Positions 41,843-51,170 of a DNA stretch of 64,000 nt are shown one piece after another. Position numbers and translations under genes: made by a program. The stretch is from Candidatus Eiseniibacteriota bacterium (lineage in GTDB: Bacteria > Eisenbacteria > RBG-16-71-46): contig CAVUWA010000001.1 of NCBI GenBank assembly GCA_963744995.1, forward strand, positions 128,001-192,000, read 5' to 3'. Within the stretch, counting starts at the first letter, position 1. Each line of letters opens with the position of its first letter. Under the pieces are notes generated by a model. That model saw only the letters and a program-made list of their open reading frames with translations, was not told the origin of the DNA and ran no database searches.

Positions 41843-43701
41843 ATGCTCGCCCGCATCCGCACGGCCGCGCTGTGGGGACTCGAAGCCCTTCCCATCGAGT
41901 GCGAGATCGACGTCGGGCCGGGGCTGCCGGGGTTCATCCTGGTGGGACTTCCGGACGCCTCGGCGCGCGAGGCGCGCGATCGGATCTGGCCCGCGCTCCG
42001 GAACACCGGCTTCGCCGTTCCGGATCGTCGCGTGACCGTGAATCTGGCGCCCGCCGAGCGCCGCAAGGAAGGCGCGTCGGGGGACCTCGCGATCGCGCTC
42101 GGCATCCTGTGCGCGACGAACCAGGCGCCGGCGGGGCGGCTGTTCGATCCGGATGCCGTGCCCGAGTTCGGCGACGCCATGAGCGCAGCGCGACGGGACG
42201 GGCAGGCGCCGGATGCAGCGGTCGCGCGGGCGGAGCACGCGGCAGCCGGAAAACCCGAATCTGCCCCGGCCACACCCCCCGGGGGAGATGATCCCGGCAT
42301 CGTTACGTTCCCCGGGGAACGTGCTCCGGGCGCGACACGCGATGCGCCCGCCGGGGAATGTTCGAGAGACGCATCACCACTCCACAGCGGAGACTCCGGC
42401 CACTTTCTTACCGTCCCCGGGGACGGTAACGACGTAGACACTTCCGTCCACAGCGTGGACACCCCGCTCATCGAACATCAGCGCCGCGAGCGCCTCGGCC
42501 CGGTCGCGGCGCTGGGCGAAATCGCGCTCGACGGCACCGTGCGCGGCGTGCGCGGCACGCTGTCGCTGGCCGACGCGCTGGCGCGCGAAGGCGTAACCAC
42601 GTTGCTGTGCGCCGCCGACGCCGCGCCCGAGGCCGCATTGATCGAGGCGCTGACCGTGCACCCGGTGCAGAGCCTCAAGCAGGCCGCGGCGTGGCTGCGC
42701 GGCGCGGACCTGCCGCGGCAGTCGCCCGCGGCGCCCGACGCCGAGGCATCGCGAACGGCCGACCTGTCCGACGTGCGCGGCCAGGCGCTCGCGCGCCGCG
42801 CGCTCGAGATCGCCGCGGCCGGGGGGCACCACGTGCTGCTCGTCGGCCCGCCGGGGGCGGGCAAGTCGATGCTCGCGCGGCGGGTACCCGGCATCCTGCC
42901 GCCGCTCGCGCCCGACGAGGCCGTGACGGTGACGCGCCTGCACTCGATCGCCGGCCTGCGCCCGCCCGGCCGCGGATTGATGCGCGCGCGCCCGTTCCGC
43001 GCGCCGCACCATTCGCTCTCGCGCGCCGGGCTCATTGGCGGCGGCTCGCCGCCCCGGCCCGGCGAGCTGTCGCTCGCACACCACGGTGTGCTGTTCCTGG
43101 ACGAACTGTCGGAGTACCCGCGCGGCTTGCTCGACGCGCTGCGCGAGCCGCTCGAGACCGGGTCGGTGTGCATCTCCCGCGCCCGCGCCACCGTGGAATT
43201 CCCGGCGCGTGCGCTACTGGTCACCGCAATGAACCCCTGTTTCTGCGGCTGGCTGGGCCATCCGAAGCGAGGCTGTCGTTGCACGCCCACCCAGCTCGCG
43301 CAGCTCCACGCGCGCGTCTCGGGGCCGGTGCTCGACCGACTCGATCTGCAGATCGAAGTGCCCGCGCTCACTTCACACGAGCTGCAGCGTGCAGAGCCGG
43401 GTGAAGCGTCGGACGTCGTGCGTGCGCGCGTGCGCGCCGCGCGCGAGCGGCAGCGACGCCGCGGCCATCTCAACGCCGAGCTTCCCGATGCTCGCCTGCG
43501 TCGCGTGTGCGCGCTCGATCAAGTCGCGCGCGCGCTGGTCGCCGAGGCGATCGATCGCTCCGGGCTCTCGGCGCGCGGCGTGATGCGCGCGCTGCGCGTG
43601 GCGCGGACGATTGCGGATCTGGATGGCGCGAGCGCGTGGACGACGGCGCGGTCGCGGAGGCGTTGATGTATCGGGCGTACGAGGCGAGGCGGGCAGGGTA
43701 G
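41843..43701 (+). CDS. comM: ComM/YifB Mg-chelatase-like AAA+ ATPase with ~110-aa insertion and an apparent 1-nt deletion near the 3' end (as sequenced it stops at 43666)
   Basis: VGLPD, VNLAPA, GPPGAGKSMLARR, PFRAPHH, GELSLAHHGVLFLDE, LREPLE, AMNPCFCG, SGPVLDRLD, RVARTIADL. Confidence 0.92.
42300..42432. repeat. MITE-like palindromic element inside comM
   Basis: 19-bp imperfect terminal inverted repeats (17/19); perfect palindromes at 42305-42322 and 42408-42429. Confidence 0.5.
43238..43693 (+). repeat. direct repeat copy A (comM 3' end)
   Basis: Aligns by eye to 49147-49603 at roughly 92% identity. Confidence 0.95.
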
Positions 43702-43980
43702 CCAAAAGGCCCACCAGATTTCCCTTGCGGACCCCCCCCCCCTCGCGGGCGTCCAATCCCGCATGGCGCAGGTCGTCCGCTTCTCCCCGTCCGATCTGCA
43801 CGTTCGTGGCAAGCGGCCGACTTCTCTGGACGGATTACGCACCATGCGGTTGCCACCGTTTGATCGATGTATCGGGGCCCTGCCTCTCGAGCAGACGAGC
43901 CCGCTCCCGCAGCCCACCGCCGATCGGCCAGCCACCGTCACCATTCCGGCCCACCGCCGCATCGACATGGAGACACGATC

Positions 43981-46065
43981 ATGCGCCGCGCTCGCTGGTA
44001 TCATTGTGTCCTGATGCTGCTGTTCATCTCGAGTCCCGCATCTGCAATCCAATTGGAGTGGAGTACGGGCGCTGACACGCTTTCCTTCACGGACGCCAGA
44101 CGCTGCACGCTGGTGGTCCGGGCAGACGAGGGCGAGGATGCCCTGCCGCCCGAGTGGCGGCTGCTTTGGGTGGCAGACAGCTGTCAGGTCTCGTTCGTCC
44201 CCCAGTCCTGTGGAGCAGACATCGCGCAGATCGGCGCCCTCCACAGCCCGGTGAGTCTGGCCGACGTCGTCGAGAATCGCATCAATGCGCAGTTCTGTTC
44301 TTCCGGGACCGATCCGGCCGCCCTGGCCTGGTTCGTCTTCGATACCTCCCCCGTGGGAAGCGGCAAGTTCAAGGTCGTGGCCCTCGATCCATCGGACCCG
44401 GATTCGAATCGAGTCCTTCAGTCGCAAGTGGTCGAGTTCAATGGCGGCTCTTCTTCGGAGTTCCCCCCGGTGATCTTACGGACTGCGAGGGTCCACCGAT
44501 CTACGCACTATGAACTCAGGGTAGTGGGTGTCGGCCTGCACACGACAGGCGGACTCAGACTGGTCGCACCAAACTGGTCATGGGATCTACCGCTGCACAT
44601 CACCAGCTCGAGCGATACGTGCGTCCTGGCTACCGCTGCAATCGCGGCGAATGTGCCGGCAGTCTTCGTGCAACTCGACGGTAGCGCCGGCCAGACGGCC
44701 ACGGGCCCTGTTCAGGCTGATCCGCTCCCTCCGCCTCTGGCTCCACAAGCGGGATGCCAGGAGAGCTTCATCGAAGACATCTACCCCTCCTACACCATCC
44801 AGCCGAAAGACTTCACCTTCGTTGCGGGCGGATGGACGCCCTCAGGAAGTTGGACCTTCCATCTCTTCTATATTCGGCAGAATCAGTTCACCAAGCTCTA
44901 CCATGGCGGTGTCGACGCCACGGAGAAGAATCTCGGCCACGCGGTGTCGAATGACCTCAGCGAGTGGACCGTTCTGGATACAGCGGCGATCAGGACGCGT
45001 GGGGGGCGCTTTGACAGTCTGCATGTTTGGGCGCCCCATATCGTCCAGCGAGGTCTGACGTACTACCTCTTCTACACCGGGGTCGACGAAAACAAGGACC
45101 AGCGGATCGGCCTCGCTACTTCCACTGATCTGGTGAACTGGACGCAGGGCGACAGCGTCTTCGAGGTTCCGACGAGCAGTTGGGAGGATCCAAACCCCAC
45201 GCCCACCAGTGATCCCTACCATGGGCAGCAACAGCTTCGGGATCCATTCGTCATGGAGAACCCCGACACGTCCGGCGAGTGGCTCATGTACTACGTTACG
45301 GTGGCGCGGGACTATACGCCGGGCATGGTTGTCGGTGTGGCCCGTTCCGACGGCGATTTCTCCTCATGGTCGAATACCTTTCCACTGTGGGCCACGTTGC
45401 ATCCCTGGCCCTCGGACAGCACAAATCGAGTTGAGTCGCCGCACGCATTCATGCGTAACGGTGCCTGGTGGCTCTTCTACACGGCGAACGGCGACAGCGT
45501 TTACGGCGTTTCCAACCCGACGAGCCCGACGGACGAAGTAACTGCCGACTGGACCCAGGCGCAGGCTCTGGAGGCCTTGGTGCCGTTGTCAGAGGCAACC
45601 ACCTACAATTTCTGGCACGCCACCGAGTACCTGGAGATCAGCGCGGTAAACAACATCCGCTACCTCGCCGCCTACAACGACGCCTACCAGTCGATCAGCT
45701 ACACGCAGTTGGGCGACGCACCGCCTTACCTCTTCACCGGCCTATGCCCGAGCACGACCACCGTAGATGAACCGCCGACAGGCGCCAGTGGTCCGCGTCT
45801 TTACCTCACCGGCATGCTCCGCGCCCGGTCCCGAATAGGGCTCCGAGTCCAGCTCCCGGGGAGGATGTTGGCCAAGCTTGCCGTCTACGACGTGCTCGGG
45901 CGTCGAGTCAGAACGCTGGTAGACGGCGAGCTCCCGGCCGGCGCGACAGAGTGTTCATGGGACGGTCGGGACACGGACGGCATCCCCCTCGGAAGCGGGG
46001 TTTACTTTGCGAGCCTGAGTGCCGCGGGCAGTCGGCATACGGTTCGTGTGCCGCTCATTCGGTGA
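43981..46065 (+). CDS. secreted five-bladed beta-propeller glycoside hydrolase (GH32/GH43-like) with C-terminal FlgD-Ig/T9SS-like domain
   Basis: KDF..HLFYI, LGHAVSNDL, WAPHI, RDPFV, VESPH; VYDVLGRRVRTL...WDGRD..G..LGSGVYF. Confidence 0.75.
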   Translation: MRRARWYHCVLMLLFISSPASAIQLEWSTGADTLSFTDARRCTLVVRADEGEDALPPEWRLLWVADSCQVSFVPQSCGADIAQIGALHSPVSLADVVENRINAQFCSSGTDPAALAWFVFDTSPVGSGKFKVVALDPSDPDSNRVLQSQVVEFNGGSSSEFPPVILRTARVHRSTHYELRVVGVGLHTTGGLRLVAPNWSWDLPLHITSSSDTCVLATAAIAANVPAVFVQLDGSAGQTATGPVQADPLPPPLAPQAGCQESFIEDIYPSYTIQPKDFTFVAGGWTPSGSWTFHLFYIRQNQFTKLYHGGVDATEKNLGHAVSNDLSEWTVLDTAAIRTRGGRFDSLHVWAPHIVQRGLTYYLFYTGVDENKDQRIGLATSTDLVNWTQGDSVFEVPTSSWEDPNPTPTSDPYHGQQQLRDPFVMENPDTSGEWLMYYVTVARDYTPGMVVGVARSDGDFSSWSNTFPLWATLHPWPSDSTNRVESPHAFMRNGAWWLFYTANGDSVYGVSNPTSPTDEVTADWTQAQALEALVPLSEATTYNFWHATEYLEISAVNNIRYLAAYNDAYQSISYTQLGDAPPYLFTGLCPSTTTVDEPPTGASGPRLYLTGMLRARSRIGLRVQLPGRMLAKLAVYDVLGRRVRTLVDGELPAGATECSWDGRDTDGIPLGSGVYFASLSAAGSRHTVRVPLIR

Positions 46066-48563
46066 AACGTGTGAACCCGACCAACGACCCTCTCCGGTGT
46101 TTCGGCGGTGCGCGCCCTCCTGCGCGGGGCGCAAGCATATGGTTCGCTGCGACGGCGCTGGCCTTCGTGCTTTCTCTTTGGGCCGCGCCGCGTGCCTCGT
46201 CGCAGGAGCTTCAGCCGCATCTCTGGGGCACGAATGGGACGGTGAGTGCGGTCGTTCGCTCGGGGAACACGATCTACATCGGCGGCGCGTTTACGATGGT
46301 GGGGCCGAACACGGGCGGTGGCGTCCCCGTGGATCGCACGACGGGTGAGTCCATTGCCCCGTACCCACCGGTAGCAGGAGTCGTGAATGTCGCCCTTCCG
46401 GACGGAAACGGCGGTTGGTTCATCGGTGGCTCGTTCGTTGCCGTCGGCGGGATGCGCAGGCTGAACTTGGCGCACATCCTCGCTGGCGGCCAGGTGGCGA
46501 GTTGGACGCCGGATCCGGATGGGGACGTCCTGACTCTTGCGCTCGAAGGGCAGACGCTCTATGCGGGAGGCTCCTTTCACCAAATTGGAGGAGTGGCTCT
46601 GAGCTACATCGCTTCATTCAACGTGGTGAGCGGCGCGATCAACGCGTGGGACGCGGATGCTGGTGCCCGTGTCCGTGCCATTCTGCTCGACCGGGGCAGG
46701 CTCTACGTGGGCGGGGACTTCGCAACGATTGGTGGGGAGGCGCGTCGCAGCCTTGCCGAACTGGATCCGGCGACCGGCGCGGCGACACCCTGGAACCCTG
46801 ACGTGGGGTTCTCCGGCGGACCAGGCGCCGTGCACGTGCTTGCGGCCCTTGGCGACACGGTATACGTCGGCGGGAACTTCGGCATGGTCGGACCTCAGTA
46901 CCGCAGTTGCATCGCGGCCGTGGACGCTGCCACCGGCCTCGCCACCGGTTGGAATCCCGATGTCACAGGCCCGGACGACAGGTACTTCGGCAACCCCTAC
47001 GTGGACGCGCTGGCGGTGGGGCAATCCTCCATCTTCGTGGGTGGGCACTTCACAGGTGTCGCGGGCCAGCCTCGAGGTGGCTTCGCAGAAGTCGACCTCT
47101 CCAACGGGTCGGTGACTGCTTTCGATCCGAATCCAGGCCCGGACATCACTGCGCTCGTCCTGCGCGGGAACATCCTGTTCCTGAGCGGTGGTTTTAGGGC
47201 GATTGATGGTGTGGCTCGGAGTTATTGCGCACAGCTGGACCTCACGTCGGGTGTCGTGAAGAGCTGGGACCCCAAACCGAACTCCGCGGTGCTGGCGCTC
47301 GCCGTGAGCGGGAACCAGGTGTATCTGGGCGGGGTGTTCACCGGGGTCGGCCCCGAGTGGCAGCAGCGGAGGAACCTGGCCGCGCTCGATGCCTCGACCG
47401 GCGCCCTCAAGAACTGGAATCCCGCCCCCGACGGGCTGATCGTCGAGTCGCTTGCTCTCACCCACGGTCGACTCTACGTGGGTGGGCACTTCTTCAACAT
47501 CGGTGGCCAGGAACGCTGGGGACTCGCGGCCCTGGACACACTGACTGGAGCGGCGACCGAGTGGAATCCCACTCCCAACAGCGTTGTTGGAACGCTGCGC
47601 GCAGTTGGCGACACGCTCTTTACCGGCGGGTACTTTACGTCCGTGGGGGGCGTACCAAGAGGGCGACTTGCCTCCTTCAATCTGAATACAGGCGAATTGA
47701 CGAACTGGGATCCCAGTGCCGCCAGCGACGTCTACGATCTTGCTGTGCATGGAGACACCGTATATGTGGGCGGATTCTTTCGAACAATCGGAGGTACTCT
47801 TCGAAACCGCCTCGCCGCTGTCGATGCAACGACGGGACTCGTCAAAGATTGGGATCCGAACGCGGACAGCTGGGTCGAAGCGGTTGCGGTGGTAGGTGGA
47901 AGAGTTTTCGTCGGAGGCAATTTCCGCACGATTGGTGGCATGCCTCGGTCCCGCCTTGCTGCACTCGACGCGGTGACAGGGAACGTCGCGGATTGGACTG
48001 CCGATGCGAACTCGCGTGTGGAAGCGCTGACGCCGGTCGGCGACTCCCTGCTCTACGCGGGCGGCATCTTCTCGACAATCGCCGGCTCCCCGCGAAGCGG
48101 GCTGGCCGCGCTGGACATCGAAACAGGCAAGTTGGAAGAGTGGAACCCCGATCCGGGTGGCGGGATCAGCACGATCGTGAAATACCACGACACGCTCTAT
48201 GTGGGCGGCGGCTTCACCCGAGCGAGCGGCACACCTGCCGTGAGCCTTGCGGCGTTTTCCCTTTTGCCGCCCGCTCCCGAGCCCGAGCCGACACCTGAGA
48301 CCGTGTCGCTCCTGCCCATCAGACCCAACCCGGTCCATTCGAGCGCAACGGTGAGCTTCTCGTTACCCTCGGGGGGGGCAGTGGACTTGGAGGTTTTCGA
48401 TATCCAGGGTCGAATGATGTCGTCGCTATTGCGTCGAGCGTACTTCCCCGCGGGCGTGCATGACGTGCCGCTGCGTGCAGACCAGTGGCCACGGGGTTCC
48501 TATTTCATTCGACTCGTGGCTGGAGGGCGCATTGCAACCGGCAAGATGGTGGTCCTGAGGTAG
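46062..48563 (+). CDS. secreted 14-repeat beta-propeller protein with T9SS-like C-terminal domain
   Basis: 14 repeats of about 48 aa (LYVGGxF..IGG..R..LAA.D..TG...WxP); PEPEPTPE linker; PNPV...VFDIQGR...GSYFIRL; GTG overlaps the upstream stop. Confidence 0.85.
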   Translation: MKRVNPTNDPLRCFGGARPPARGASIWFAATALAFVLSLWAAPRASSQELQPHLWGTNGTVSAVVRSGNTIYIGGAFTMVGPNTGGGVPVDRTTGESIAPYPPVAGVVNVALPDGNGGWFIGGSFVAVGGMRRLNLAHILAGGQVASWTPDPDGDVLTLALEGQTLYAGGSFHQIGGVALSYIASFNVVSGAINAWDADAGARVRAILLDRGRLYVGGDFATIGGEARRSLAELDPATGAATPWNPDVGFSGGPGAVHVLAALGDTVYVGGNFGMVGPQYRSCIAAVDAATGLATGWNPDVTGPDDRYFGNPYVDALAVGQSSIFVGGHFTGVAGQPRGGFAEVDLSNGSVTAFDPNPGPDITALVLRGNILFLSGGFRAIDGVARSYCAQLDLTSGVVKSWDPKPNSAVLALAVSGNQVYLGGVFTGVGPEWQQRRNLAALDASTGALKNWNPAPDGLIVESLALTHGRLYVGGHFFNIGGQERWGLAALDTLTGAATEWNPTPNSVVGTLRAVGDTLFTGGYFTSVGGVPRGRLASFNLNTGELTNWDPSAASDVYDLAVHGDTVYVGGFFRTIGGTLRNRLAAVDATTGLVKDWDPNADSWVEAVAVVGGRVFVGGNFRTIGGMPRSRLAALDAVTGNVADWTADANSRVEALTPVGDSLLYAGGIFSTIAGSPRSGLAALDIETGKLEEWNPDPGGGISTIVKYHDTLYVGGGFTRASGTPAVSLAAFSLLPPAPEPEPTPETVSLLPIRPNPVHSSATVSFSLPSGGAVDLEVFDIQGRMMSSLLRRAYFPAGVHDVPLRADQWPRGSYFIRLVAGGRIATGKMVVLR

Positions 48564-48704
48564 CGTCGGAGTGAGACAGGGGCTCGCGAGGTCCGCGGCA
48601 GGCCCTGATACGGATTTCTATCGACTCGAGGTGGCCGGGCGGACAGCCACTCGGAAGATGACCGTGGTGCGGTGAGTCCCAACGACCCTCACTCCTGAAT
48701 CCCG

Positions 48705-49138
48705 TCACCGACACGGTAGCAAGGTCGCCTGAAGCCGACGCCGCGTCTCCCTCCTCGGCACCCGCACTCCGCGCTCGGCGTTTCGCACCGTCCGTGGATC
48801 CACCCCGGCCCGCCTCGCCAACTCCTCCTGCGTGAGCCCGAGCCGAACCCGGGCGGCCCGGATCGAGCCCGCCAGGTCGGACGGGCTCGGCGTGAGCCCC
48901 GGCCCGAGCACCGCCTCGAGATCCGGCCAGCGACTTGGGAGCGGCACGGACCGGTCCTGTTCCCAACGGGCGACGCTCTGATCCCAGCACCCCAGCCGCG
49001 CGGCAAGGGTTCGTTGCGTCAGACCCAGATCCATCCTCCGCTGACGAATCCGCTCCCCGAGCGTGCGCGGCTCGCGCGGGTAACCCCTTGGCAGAGCGCG
49101 CGGTCTGGCACCGCAAAGCCGAAGTGGCAGATTGGCAA
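48705..49138 (-). CDS. tandem XRE-family helix-turn-helix protein; 5' end uncertain, possible frameshift near 49122
   Basis: TLGERIRQRRMDLGLTQ..LA..LG....VARWE and IRAARVRLGLTQEELARRAGV. Confidence 0.75.
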
Positions 49139-49146
49139 CGCAACGG

Positions 49147-49608
49147 TGTTTCTGCGGCTGGCTGGGACATCCGAAGCGAGGCTGTCGCTGCACGCCCACC
49201 CAGCTCGCGCAGCTCCACGCGCGCGTCTCCGGCCCGGTGCTCGACCGACTCGATCTGCAGATCGAAGTGCCCGCGCTGACTTCACACGAACTGCAGCGCG
49301 CGGAGCCGGGTGAATCGTCGGCGCTCGTGCGTGCGCGCGTGCGCGCCGCGCGCGAGCGGCAGCAACGCCGCGGCTATCTCAATGCCGAGCTGCCCGATGC
49401 GCGCCTGCGCCGCGTGTGCGCGCTCGATCAAGTCGCGCGTGCGCTGGTCGCCGAGGCGATCGATCGCTCCGGACTCTCGGCGCGTGGCGTGATGCGCGCG
49501 CTGCGCGTGGCGCGGACGATCGCCGATCTGGATGGGGAGCCGAACGTGAGCGACGGTGCGGTTGCGGAGGCGTTGATGTATCGGGCGTATGAGGCGAGGC
49601 GGGTGTAG
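49147..49608 (+). pseudogene. comM: 5'-truncated comM fragment (direct repeat copy B)
   Basis: Begins abruptly at CFCGWLG; open through AEALMYRAYEARRV-stop. Confidence 0.9.
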
Positions 49609-49715
49609 CGCGACTTCGCCTGACTGACGGGGCTGTCCGTGGCTGCCCCTCCGGCAGCCAGTGGAGGCAGGCAGGGCGCCCCCTCCCCCAACCCCTGTTC
49701 CCATGCGCCAACCCC

Positions 49716-50342
49716 CTACGGTTGAGTACAGGCGATGGTCGGTGGGCCGACCGCGAACGAGGCGCTGCAATCCTCACGACCCATCTTCTTGGTCCTGACG
49801 AACTCCCGCTGAAAATCGACGACTACCGTCGAGTCATTTTCAACTGGTCCGATCACGAGCAGGGTTGCGCCGTTGCGCCTGACAAAGAGCGGGGCGACGA
49901 GCACGTCGCCAACCTCCAGCTGGCCCGTTGTCGCATGCGTGGAGCCGGCGCCTGGGCAGACATTCACCAGGATGAGCTTGGACAGAGAGTCCGCGGTGAG
50001 ATTGACGGTGAAGCTGTCCCCGTTCGCGGCTCTGCAGCCGATGCTCCCGCCATTCCGAACGATGAGAAAGGATCTGCCGGCCAAACAGGCTGAGGAGCCC
50101 CGGAGCGAGGAGACGCGCTCTCGTACCTTGTCGAACCGAAGCCCTTTGACGATGCTGGGAGAAGCGGGCGGGGTTGCTGTCGTGTAGACCGCCATCCACG
50201 CAGCGACGCCGGGTGAACAGTACGGCCCGGCTGGAAGCCCGCGTACTTGTGCTGAATCGGCGACGAAACTGTCCGCGCCGGCAGCGGCGGGCAGAAGCAA
50301 CAACCCAAGAACCGCGGCTCGACGAAGGCCGGGGGGCTGCAT
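49716..50342 (-). CDS. hypothetical secreted protein
   Basis: RBS GGAGGA, signal peptide (AAVLGLLLLPAAAGA), several Cys; no recognised motif. Confidence 0.55.
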   Translation of the reverse strand: MQPPGLRRAAVLGLLLLPAAAGADSFVADSAQVRGLPAGPYCSPGVAAWMAVYTTATPPASPSIVKGLRFDKVRERVSSLRGSSACLAGRSFLIVRNGGSIGCRAANGDSFTVNLTADSLSKLILVNVCPGAGSTHATTGQLEVGDVLVAPLFVRRNGATLLVIGPVENDSTVVVDFQREFVRTKKMGREDCSASFAVGPPTIACTQP

Positions 50343-50556
50343 TCCAGTTTTCCTCCACCGGTTTCGGTTGGAGGATTTTTCTTCTCTTCCCTGATTGAAG
50401 TCAAGGTAATGATTCTGGGATTCTTGATTTCCAGAAAGAAGGGGGGGCGCTTGCCGCAGACCTCATCAGGCTCTCAACCGACACACCAGCCGACCGCGTA
50501 CCGCCTGTACGCTGCGCTCGGAGGCGCGTTGCTGTTCTGGTTGTTGGGCTGGGTCC

Positions 50557-51044
50557 ATGTACTACGTCACCATTCACAAGGACGAGACGACAAAGATGGT
50601 GGTCGGTCTGGCGCGGTCGTCCGGTGATCTCTCGGTGTGGAGCAACTGCGGGCCATGCACGGCACCTAGCAGCAGTACACCGACTCGACGAACGACGTCG
50701 TCGAATCTCCAAATTTGTTCCAGCACTACGACGTGACGTCGGGCACGATGTCGCGCTGGCTGCTCCTAACGACGAACACTAATCAGGAGCAGAACATGCA
50801 TTTCGAGCGGACGCTCGGCTCCCCGAGCGACACGCTCGCCGCACCCTGGCTGCCGACCACCGACCTCTACACCTACCTGAGCGGGGACTCGACCGTCTCC
50901 TACTGGCATGCGATCGAGTATCTGCCGGTGCCGGCGCGGATCGGCGGCTACGCGCTGAACCACGAGTTCCTGGCGGCCTATGACGACAGCGCGTGGGGAA
51001 TCGACATCAACGAGATCCGCTGGAACGCGAACCCGCTATCGTAG
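50557..51044 (+). pseudogene. degraded fragment of a paralog of the 43981-46065 propeller hydrolase
   Basis: MYYVT...MVVGLARSSGD, DSTNDVVESP, YWHAIEYL, LAAYDD match MYYVT...MVVGVARSDGD, DSTNRVESP, FWHATEYL, LAAYND; one frameshift and an in-frame TAG. Confidence 0.8.
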
Positions 51045-51170
51045 ACACCGCCCGTGCCGTTCGGGACCCATTCGGCGTGGGCGCCCGTCCATGAGAGCGG
51101 GAGCAGCAGCACGGCAACGAGGGCGGCAGGGCCGATCATAGGAACACGCAAGGACATGCTCGAATTCGGA

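Larger units (their letters stand above)
43702..49146. mobile_element. comM-anchored genomic island remnant (no integrase seen)
   Basis: Flanked by the comM 3'-end duplication; visibly lower GC and more A/T at third codon positions; terminal XRE-HTH gene. Confidence 0.65.

Noticed and set aside
42140..42490. Intein in ComM
   Set aside because: No N-terminal Cys/Ser block or His-Asn C-terminal splice motif; the insert is low-complexity
43732..43743. Poly-C tract as a phase-variation switch
   Set aside because: Intergenic, not clearly within a promoter spacer, and homopolymer length is error-prone
46062..48300. CRISPR array or DNA tandem repeat
   Set aside because: The periodicity is at protein level only (propeller blades); no identical nucleotide repeats with spacers anywhere in the window
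43238..49603. Diversity-generating retroelement TR/VR pair
   Set aside because: Mismatches are not adenine-specific and are mostly synonymous; no reverse transcriptase in the window
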